DNA of 22,545 nucleotides from Nitrosopumilales archaeon (GTDB taxonomy: Archaea; Thermoproteota; Nitrososphaeria; Nitrososphaerales; Nitrososphaeraceae), in assembly GCA_044507735.1 (NCBI GenBank), contig JBIQJB010000031.1:1-22545 (forward strand). Direction: 5' to 3'. The notes below the pieces were generated by a model. It saw only the letters and a program-made list of their open reading frames with translations, was not told the DNA's origin and did no database searches. Made by a program: the position numbers and the translations under genes. Of the stretch, positions 1 through 6,842 are shown one piece after another (the first letter of the stretch is position 1; each line of letters begins with the position of its first letter).

Positions 1-1111
1 CCTATAGAATATAGATAAGAGTAACGTGGCTACAAAGTGCTATCATTGCAAGATAATTGGATTGACCAATGTCAAGCAGGAAGCACTTACTCAGGAATAC
101 GACAACCTGCAGCACTATCTTCAGACCAGAGAAGATAAGGGGCCGTATTCAGCCATCAAGCAGCAGGCAGACAGGTTCTACAAGACAATCAAAACTGGCA
201 AGAAATACCCCCTCTCAATACGCAACGACTTGCTGAAGATAGAAAAGAACTCCAACACAATTGCTCAATACTGGTGTAGAATACCAGTAAAGGCGATCAG
301 AGGCGGGATATGGGTTGGTATCAAACCATACGAACCGATACCAAGCGATGCAAAAATCTGCGAATCCAAACTCTACTTCAAAAACAAGAAGTGGTGGTTG
401 GACATCGTCGTGACAAAGGACGTTCCTGAGAATACTGAATACCAGAACGTGTTGGCAATCGACATGGGAATCAAGCACATAGCCTGTTCTGTGGACATGG
501 CTAGTGGCAAGACTGTTTTCTATGGCAACGACCTGAACCGTGTCAGAGGGCACTACTTCTGGTTGAGAAGAAAATTAGGCATGAAGAAAGCAATAGACAC
601 CATCAAAAAGATAGGTGACCGTGAGAAGAGGATCGTCAACGACATAATACACAAGATAAGCAGAGACATTGTCAATCAAGCAGTCGAAACAAACGCTGTG
701 ATAATACTCGGCAACATCAAGTATCTGAGAAAGAGGCGACAGAAGCAATACAGGAGAAGGATGGCAAGGCTACTAGCTGGCTTTCCATACTACAAGCTGA
801 TGCAATACATTCGGTACAAGGCGGCACTTGCAGGCATCAAGGTAATCGAGGTATCGGAAGCGTGGACTAGCCAGACTTGCCACATGTGTGGTGAAAGAGG
901 TCAACGAAAGACGCAAGGATTGTTTGAGTGCAACTGCTGTGGTGTACGAGAAGACGCAGACAGAAACGCTGCTTTCAACATCGCCAAACGAGGCTTGGGG
1001 TATTGCTCCAAGCTAGGGGTAGTTGTGAACCTGCCCGTAACCGTTGCTAGGGTAGACAGGAACCCGATGATGACAATGGAGGCTATCGGTCTATGACCGA
1101 TAGTAGTTCAC
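1..1111 (+). mobile_element. IS200/IS605-family element carrying tnpB; left end is upstream of the window, right end is at 1111
   Basis: Perfect subterminal hairpin CTATCGGTC-tat-GACCGATAG (1083-1103), preceded by GAGG and followed by ...GTTCAC. Identity with the second copy stops exactly after TCAC (1111 and 3353). No tnpA in the window. Confidence 0.88.
26..1096 (+). CDS. tnpB: RNA-guided endonuclease TnpB (IS200/IS605 family), 356 aa, rearranged RuvC-II site
   Basis: RuvC-I LAIDMG (D146), HKISRDIV helix, YKAALAGIKV, VSEAWTSQTC, zinc finger CHMC...CNCC, RuvC-III DADRNAAFNI (D312). The canonical RuvC-II Glu position is G229 (IILGNI). GTG start. Confidence 0.95.
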   Translation: MATKCYHCKIIGLTNVKQEALTQEYDNLQHYLQTREDKGPYSAIKQQADRFYKTIKTGKKYPLSIRNDLLKIEKNSNTIAQYWCRIPVKAIRGGIWVGIKPYEPIPSDAKICESKLYFKNKKWWLDIVVTKDVPENTEYQNVLAIDMGIKHIACSVDMASGKTVFYGNDLNRVRGHYFWLRRKLGMKKAIDTIKKIGDREKRIVNDIIHKISRDIVNQAVETNAVIILGNIKYLRKRRQKQYRRRMARLLAGFPYYKLMQYIRYKAALAGIKVIEVSEAWTSQTCHMCGERGQRKTQGLFECNCCGVREDADRNAAFNIAKRGLGYCSKLGVVVNLPVTVARVDRNPMMTMEAIGL

Positions 1112-1131
1112 CATTTGTAGTGGATGAAGAA
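985..1131 (+). ncRNA. TnpB omegaRNA (reRNA) scaffold overlapping the tnpB 3' end, plus guide from the right flank (from 1112)
   Basis: Stems GCTTGGGG/CTCCAAGC (993-1013), GGGTAG/CTGCCC (1017-1036), CCGTTG/CAATGG and the terminal hairpin. Loop GTGAAC (1025-1030) is complementary to terminal GTTCAC (pseudoknot). 5' end and guide length are approximate. Confidence 0.8.
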
Positions 1132-1302
1132 TTTCTCACCGACATGTGGCTCCATACTTTTGAAGGAACGCCACTGGACACGTATGAGAACAAGTACTTT
1201 TGGGAAGTAAGAGTGATAACATCAACAGAATTTGGGCAGAGAGGGTTTCATTATTGGGTGGATGCAGATTCTGGCGAGTTTCTTAAAGAACTACAAGACT
1301 GA
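1112..1302 (+). pseudogene. C-terminal remnant of a PepSY-like surface protein gene interrupted by the IS
   Basis: YFWEVRV...HYWVDADSGEFL resembles the YAVDAVSGEII and HLVDAETGRVV motifs of the 5350 and 6843 proteins. The ORF-track start at 1093 is inside the IS right end. Confidence 0.65.
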
Positions 1303-1533
1303 ATGGCGTAAAGGCTGGAAAAGGCTCAAGAGCAGCTGGCTGCTTCTATCTCAAACGTAGATTCCAAAACAATAAGCATGGCGCCATTGGATTTCACTCG
1401 GAAGCAAGAAAAATCATTCTGGCCGGACAATTTCGTGAGGGTAGATTTCTTTCTTAACGTGCCTGGAATTGTCGTCGCTGTCTACTTCTCTGTACAATGC
1501 GAATCCAGCCGGGGAATCTTTGCTATGTTATTG

Positions 1534-2589
1534 TCATTCTATGCGCACAAGGCTTGCCAGTATCTTGTCTGATGGTATCTTTTGCTCGACGCCTGCAGCA
1601 ATCGCCGCAAGGTTCCTGATCTCAAATGCCATCAGCTTGATGGATGCGAGAAGGTTTGCAACCGTAAAGACAGTGCGGTACGAGTTCATTATGCGCCTGA
1701 GCGACTCTTTCTCAAATGCCGCCTCGAGTTGCATTATGGCATCGATGTCGTTTGCAGCGCTGCGGGGGATCAGCTCCTTGTATGCGGTGCCTGCTAGCTC
1801 GCCAATCGCCTCCTGTATCTTTTCTGTGTTTATCATGCGCTGGAGCACGTCTTTTGAAACCTTGCCGGTGGTGACTATCAAGTCGCTCACTTCTGCAGGG
1901 CTCAGACCCCAGAACTTGCCGCGGAGGACTGCAAGTACATTGTATGCATCAACGTCGACCGAGACAACCTTGGTCGTGTCCTGAAGCTTGGATTCAAAGG
2001 CTACTGCCCTGTCAAGCGACTTGTAAAAGGCATGATCAAGAAAAGTGTCAAACACACGCACGTCGCCCTTTTCCTTGTATGCTTGGGCGGCCTTGCGGGC
2101 GTCTTCGCCAAATTCGCTTCCTGCAAGTGAGTTGATTGCTTCGTCAAAATCCTTGGCCACTAGAGCCTTGACGACCAGATCTCTGCGTCCCACCAGCTCT
2201 TCTGCCCTCAAGTTTACTTTTGGCAGCAGCTCTTCATAGGTCCTGCCCAGGGCCTTACCCTTCAGGATGATCTTCAAGTTCCATGTGATGTATCTGACAA
2301 AATAGGCGCTGAGTATTGCCGAGCCGTTTGCGATGTTGACTATTTTTGCGTGCTGGTTGACAAGGTGTTCACGCAGCGCCGACTCGACCTTTTCCGCAGT
2401 ATATGGCTTGGTTAGTTTTGCAAGAGCGTCAAGATAAACAGTGTTTTTCATTCTGGTAACGAGCTCGTCCACATCTCTGGACTCTGCCAGAGTCTGGAAC
2501 TCGGTCCTGGATAGCATCTTGCCTCTCAGGCTGTGGGCAAGAACGGTACCGAATATCTTGTTTGGCAGGCTGACCTTGTTAGTGTTCAA
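1534..2589 (-). CDS. atpC: A/V-type ATP synthase subunit C (AC39 family)
   Basis: 351 aa helical protein with SLRGKMLSR, WNLKIILKGK, LDHAFY, VDAYNVLAVLRGK and EIRNLAAIAAG, typical of subunit C. TTG start, with a TATA-like TTTATAAA about 25 nt upstream. Confidence 0.9.
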   Translation of the reverse strand: MNTNKVSLPNKIFGTVLAHSLRGKMLSRTEFQTLAESRDVDELVTRMKNTVYLDALAKLTKPYTAEKVESALREHLVNQHAKIVNIANGSAILSAYFVRYITWNLKIILKGKALGRTYEELLPKVNLRAEELVGRRDLVVKALVAKDFDEAINSLAGSEFGEDARKAAQAYKEKGDVRVFDTFLDHAFYKSLDRAVAFESKLQDTTKVVSVDVDAYNVLAVLRGKFWGLSPAEVSDLIVTTGKVSKDVLQRMINTEKIQEAIGELAGTAYKELIPRSAANDIDAIMQLEAAFEKESLRRIMNSYRTVFTVANLLASIKLMAFEIRNLAAIAAGVEQKIPSDKILASLVRIE

Positions 2590-2671
2590 GCTGCACTCAG
2601 TTCCTCTGGTACTTTATAAAAACTATCCTTAATCTTCTACAGATGGTATCAACCCCTTCTTGAACCTTTGG

Positions 2672-2985
2672 CTACGTTTTGCCCCATCCATCTCTTCTTC
2701 TTGCAGCTATTATGCTGCTGGACAACGCTATCGAAACTCCAGCAGTGACTATTGACAGAGAACCAGCAAATTCCGGTATTGCGGTGGTGCCTACAATCTC
2801 TATTGTGTCTGCCCTTTCATGTGGCATTGATATAGAGATCGAGGTGAGGTTCTCGTTGACTGGATTGCCGTAATAGCGCGGACTATAATCGATGTCATAC
2901 ACACGGTGCTGTCCATCAAGAAACACACTGTATGGTCCGCCCAGCATCTCTTTTGGAAATGTGACTGTAAATTCAGCTGCTTTAT
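2672..2985 (-). pseudogene. C-terminal fragment of a PEFG-CTERM-like surface protein, cut by the 2986-3353 element
   Basis: TVTFPKEMLGGPYSVFLDG...IEIVGTTAIPEF followed by a TM helix and basic tail. The apparent N-terminus of ORF 2672..3244 reads through the mobile element. Confidence 0.75.
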
Positions 2986-3353
2986 AGTGAAATTTGGCGA
3001 GAAGACCACTGGACTTGTCCAGTGGATGAATCGCTGCAGTATTTTTAAAAAGCTGGATGTATACCAAGTGTAGGATGAAGCGACGTCTGTGGCGCTCGCT
3101 GACATTGCACAGGAACCAAGCTGAGTAGTGCGGTCGCCGACAATACAGCGACAGGGCGAGTGACATGGTTAGAAGTAGCCCAACCAGGTCTGAGGCTATA
3201 TGTCTCAGATAGGGGTCGAGCGGCATCCTGTAATTCCTCCGCAAGGGAGAATAGACAGGGAAACCAGTGAACCGACCCAGAACTGCTGCTAGGGTAGACA
3301 GGAACCCGATGATGACAGCAGAGGCTATCGGTCTATGACCGATAGTAGTTCAC
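2986..3353 (+). mobile_element. Non-autonomous IS200/IS605 derivative (368 bp) with left end, promoter, omegaRNA and right end
   Basis: Left-end hairpin CCACTGGAC-tt-GTCCAGTGG (3006-3025) starts 20 nt after TTAT (2982-2985). 3267-3353 matches 1025-1111 at 78/87 nt, with an identical right-end hairpin and TCAC terminus. No tnpA or tnpB ORF inside. Confidence 0.88.
3042..3051 (+). promoter_or_regulatory. Putative TATA box inside the non-autonomous element
   Basis: TTTTTAAAAA just after the left-end hairpin. Predicted start near 3070-3076, just before the structured region. Confidence 0.5.
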
Positions 3354-3373
3354 AGGCACGCTCGATTTAGCCG
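3075..3373 (+). ncRNA. Stand-alone expanded omegaRNA-like RNA with guide AGGCACGCTCGATTTAGCCG (from 3354)
   Basis: Same four stems and pseudoknot as 985-1111, with compensatory substitutions. Extra stem-loop at 3219-3266 and extra 5' stems at 3079-3186. Transcript ends are inferred. Confidence 0.7.
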
Positions 3374-3573
3374 CGGAGCCTCACCTCGACCCTTGCGTCG
3401 AAAAAAGCCCCTGTATTGTTTTGAAAAATTCCAAGTGGGAATCAGCTACAGCGAGAAAGACCGTTAATGGATCTTGACTGTTGATTGTTTAACTACTGAA
3501 AACAGCATTATACTTAAAGGCTTTAACTATAAAGATAATGAGTTTAAATAGCATAGAGCGCTAATAGTTAAGG

Positions 3574-4674
3574 ATGACATTAGTTATCAAAAGCATCAAT
3601 GGTATTTCATACTATTACTACCAAGATAGGGTAAAGACTACCGGCAAAGGAAGGGCTAGAACTATAAGCACCTTTGTAGGCAGGACTGACCTTAATCCCC
3701 AGGATCTTGCTGCAGCACAAAGAATTGCTTTGGACAGGCATATTGTCAAATTGTTCAAGGCTGCATCTCTGATCAAAGATCAAGGATATCATTTTGAAAC
3801 ATGGCAATATACTCAAGAGGATCTAGATGCTTTCGAATTCGTGAAGGTAATCTATCAGATAGTCAAGAATCAGATCCAGCAAGATGAATTGATGGAATAC
3901 GAAAAGATGTTCTATAATAGGTATGTCTATGGGACCACCGCCATAGAAGGAAATATGTTAAGTGAGCAGGAAACTGCCAAAGTACTTGAAACTGGTCTGA
4001 CAGTGGAAAATAGACCTCTGTCTGATACTATTGCGGTAGCAAACTACAATGATGTAAAGAAATTCATGAAGGATTACTCTGCAGGTGTATCTGAGAATAT
4101 GATAAAGACGGTTCACACCATTTTGATGAAAGGAATGAAGGGTGATGATGGATTACCTATACCGCTTGGTGAATACAGAAAGAATCGTTCAAGGATCCAC
4201 GGACTAGGTTATACTCCACCGCCTCCAGAAGCTATTTCAGAACATATGAGGTACTTGCTTGCCGAATATGATGATCGTATTAGGAGAAAAGTGCATCCTG
4301 TAGAGGCTGCGGTAATCTTCCATCAAAAACTTGAAGAGATACACCCATTCAAGGACGGGAATGGTCGCACTGGACGGGAGATACTAAACTTCATGCTGCA
4401 GAAGGCCGGGTATCCGCCGATTTACATAACACCTAAGGAGCGTAAGAACTATATCGATGCTTTAGAGCAAGGCAATAGTCAAAACTATTCTCCTCTTATG
4501 ACTTTTGTAGCGACTAGGATGGCTGCTACGCTATGGTATATGTTCTCGCGAACAAAGATATTCGACGTTGCAACTGAGGCTCTATCTAAAGTCGCTGCCA
4601 GTCCAAATGAGCACGGCATAAAGAAAGTATTAGAGCGACTGGCAAACTATCATTCGTCGCCTGATCTTCCTTAA
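3574..4674 (+). CDS. Fic family protein (AMPylase-type, with an intramolecular inhibitory motif)
   Basis: Intact HPFKDGNGRTGR Fic motif. TTAIEGN is an (S/T)xxxE(G/N) inhibitory helix N-terminal to the core. TTTAAATA at 3543-3550. Confidence 0.93.
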   Translation: MTLVIKSINGISYYYYQDRVKTTGKGRARTISTFVGRTDLNPQDLAAAQRIALDRHIVKLFKAASLIKDQGYHFETWQYTQEDLDAFEFVKVIYQIVKNQIQQDELMEYEKMFYNRYVYGTTAIEGNMLSEQETAKVLETGLTVENRPLSDTIAVANYNDVKKFMKDYSAGVSENMIKTVHTILMKGMKGDDGLPIPLGEYRKNRSRIHGLGYTPPPPEAISEHMRYLLAEYDDRIRRKVHPVEAAVIFHQKLEEIHPFKDGNGRTGREILNFMLQKAGYPPIYITPKERKNYIDALEQGNSQNYSPLMTFVATRMAATLWYMFSRTKIFDVATEALSKVAASPNEHGIKKVLERLANYHSSPDLP

Positions 4675-4788
4675 ATGGTCAGATACTATTCCCTCCAGCC
4701 CAAAATCCTCTGGACTCTAATAACGTAAAAGTCTCCCAATGAAACCAGCAGGTATTTTGGTTGGCGGCTAGATAGTATTCCCGACTGC

Positions 4789-5310
4789 TTGCTCCCATCC
4801 CAAGTACTGGTGATAATAGGCATTGTGGCAGGCGCATCAATAGTAGTATCTATTCTCTATCTCCAGCCTGGTATTGGAATTTTTGGACAGAATGAGCGCT
4901 ATGCAAAGGTCACTATCGAAGGTCTACGGCAAACATACGCGATTGGCGAGCCAATGGATTTCCTGGTTAGAGTCGAAGGCTATGGCTGTGATTGGGGTTT
5001 TCCACATGTCTATGTTAAGAGGCTATCTTTTTCATCAGCTAGCGATAGCGACCAAACAATAGAAGAGATCGTTTGGTTGAGGGTTGGTGAGATCCGCACC
5101 TTCCCAGCAGGTACATCATGCAATCCAACCAATATTCATCAAGCTAGGCATATTGGCGATGTGGAAAAATACAACAATGATGTACAGGAGCAACTAAGAA
5201 TCCAAGGTAGCGTGCCCATTGTCATAGATAGAGAGGGAAGGTATGCAATACATGTGGAAGGCGGCAATGTACGCGGCGAACCCTTCGTCCAAGAATTTGA
5301 AGTAAAATAA
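4789..5310 (+). CDS. Membrane-anchored hypothetical protein, paralog of 6090..6542
   Basis: N-terminal TM helix. IEGLRQTYAIGEPMDFLVRVEG..GFP aligns with IDGMKEIYLTNEKIDFVVKAQG..GFP. Confidence 0.75.
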   Translation: MLPSQVLVIIGIVAGASIVVSILYLQPGIGIFGQNERYAKVTIEGLRQTYAIGEPMDFLVRVEGYGCDWGFPHVYVKRLSFSSASDSDQTIEEIVWLRVGEIRTFPAGTSCNPTNIHQARHIGDVEKYNNDVQEQLRIQGSVPIVIDREGRYAIHVEGGNVRGEPFVQEFEVK

Positions 5311-5349
5311 CAAAAGGCTCAAAAGCCGTAGCTTGCCTACATATGTGAT

Positions 5350-5892
5350 GTGGGCCGGCGTTCTTCTGCTCTGATAGTTGTTCTCGTATTTGCTGTTTTG
5401 TTTTCTTTGTTGTATGGCGCTGCTACCTACACTCCTGATGTGGTACCTCAACCAAGAATTACGCAAGAGCAGGCTATAGAAATGGTTCGACAAGACCTAG
5501 AAGCGAATGGGCTGGGGCCAATAAGAGGAATAATGGCATTCCGGGACATCGACGATTTTGAGAATAGAGGCTATATTTCATACTCGGAATTTCAAGATGG
5601 AGAGTATAGGGTGCCCTTAGCATATTCAAACGCAGGTGGCTCTGCTGTAACCATATGGTCGGAAGACAGCTTTGGTGGTGATGATGGTATCGTTCAAGAT
5701 TGTTCAACATCGCCTGATGCGTTTGTCTGTATTGTTAGCTGTTTTTCAGAGGGGCAACTATTCTGGATCATAGACATGTCTTCAGAATACTACGCTGTAG
5801 ATGCCGTCAGTGGTGAAATCATTTTTTCCCAGAGTCGTCAGCAGCAAATGATCCAGAACAATTCAGAGGTCGCAAAGTGTTTCCGTGTGTAG
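5350..5892 (+). CDS. Membrane-anchored PepSY-like hypothetical protein
   Basis: Signal/TM segment, PRITQEQAIEMV and YAVDAVSGEII. N-terminus is paralogous to 6843. Confidence 0.75.
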   Translation: MGRRSSALIVVLVFAVLFSLLYGAATYTPDVVPQPRITQEQAIEMVRQDLEANGLGPIRGIMAFRDIDDFENRGYISYSEFQDGEYRVPLAYSNAGGSAVTIWSEDSFGGDDGIVQDCSTSPDAFVCIVSCFSEGQLFWIIDMSSEYYAVDAVSGEIIFSQSRQQQMIQNNSEVAKCFRV

Positions 5893-6089
5893 CAGATCCA
5901 CCGGAGAAAGCTGGGTGTGGGTAGAATAGGACGCTATGAAAATGGAGATGGGGGTAACGAAACAGATAGAGAAATTGAAGTTGATAGAGTACGGAATTTT
6001 TTGCTGCGTAATATCTACAGGAAAGAAGGACAAATGCGATCATGCTAGTGGGTTATCGCGAAAAGACAGGAGAGAAGCTGGCCTGCCTA

Positions 6090-6542
6090 TTAGCGCATGC
6101 CGCTAAATTGCACTACGGTAAACTCCTTTTGAATCGTGCTGTCTCCATAAGATACGATGACCTTGTAGTTTCCACCTTGAGGAATGGTGATTTCTTGTCC
6201 GAATCCCATCCGTGATAACGTCCATGTTTCGTTTATGTCTCTGATAGCCGGGTCACATAAAACCAGCGTGATGATGTCAGAGTTATGATGAATCAAAGTG
6301 CCATTCTCACTGAGTATCCTCAGCTTCGGAAAACCACAAACGATGTCATGCCCTTGTGCTTTGACTACAAAGTCTATCTTTTCATTCGTCAGGTATATTT
6401 CCTTCATGCCGTCTATTTCTAACTTGAGAAACCTATATTCTGCCAGCGGGCGTACCGGAGTACTGAACAAAGATGCAAAAAGAACCACAAAGCCTATTCC
6501 TATTGCCAGACCTGCGGCAACAGGGGCAGCGATGTATGACAA
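6090..6542 (-). CDS. Membrane-anchored hypothetical protein, paralog of 4789..5310
   Basis: APVAAGLAIGIGFVVLFA anchor, shared internal motif, and similar GxYxV...KEFTV end. Confidence 0.75.
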   Translation of the reverse strand: MSYIAAPVAAGLAIGIGFVVLFASLFSTPVRPLAEYRFLKLEIDGMKEIYLTNEKIDFVVKAQGHDIVCGFPKLRILSENGTLIHHNSDIITLVLCDPAIRDINETWTLSRMGFGQEITIPQGGNYKVIVSYGDSTIQKEFTVVQFSGMR

Positions 6543-6842
6543 GGTAGCAAGATCATGCCTTTGGATCTTATCTTTTAATTTTTCGAATCAAGCCGTTAGA
6601 TGTGGGTCTAGATGCGTTTCATTACCCGTTTATCCCCCAAACGATGCATCAATTCCCATTCTGAGCTCTTGATATACTGGTATGTGACACCAAGATGGTG
6701 AGGCGGGTGTAAGACAGGAAGCTTAACGGAGGCCAATGGGTGTAGGCAGTAAGCACCGCGATATCAAGATGCCCTCTGTTGGATGCTGGTATAGAGTCGC
6801 TTGGACAAAAAGTAAAAAGAATCCATAGCGTGTCTGGTACAT

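Noticed and set aside
26-1096. Nuclease-dead TldR or Cas12f with a CRISPR array
   Set aside because: The alternative Glu (E278) is present. There are no regularly spaced repeats or cas genes, and transposon ends are retained.
1119-1128. Guide 1 shares AGTGGATGAA with the mini-element left end (3021-3030)
   Set aside because: Only 10 nt, outside the TAM-proximal seed and with no adjacent TTAT. The flank is explained as host coding sequence.
1093-1302. 69-aa ORF as a tnpB partner gene
   Set aside because: The ATG is inside the IS right-end hairpin. The rest is the tail of an interrupted host gene.
1319-1333. AAAAGGCTCAAGAGC repeated at 5312-5326 (14/15)
   Set aside because: Resembles a generic BRE/TATA-like promoter string, with only two copies and no further homology.
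2672-3244. 190-aa minus-strand ORF as one gene
   Set aside because: Its first 86 codons are antisense read-through of the inserted element. Only the part below 2985 resembles protein.
3379-3389. 11-nt inverted match to 2839-2849 (TCGAGGTGAGG)
   Set aside because: Short, beyond the likely guide length, and compatible with chance.
3354-3410. HDV-like ribozyme or terminator after the second guide
   Set aside because: Only short stems are present, and I could not build the nested double pseudoknot. The A-tract is in the wrong arrangement for a terminator.
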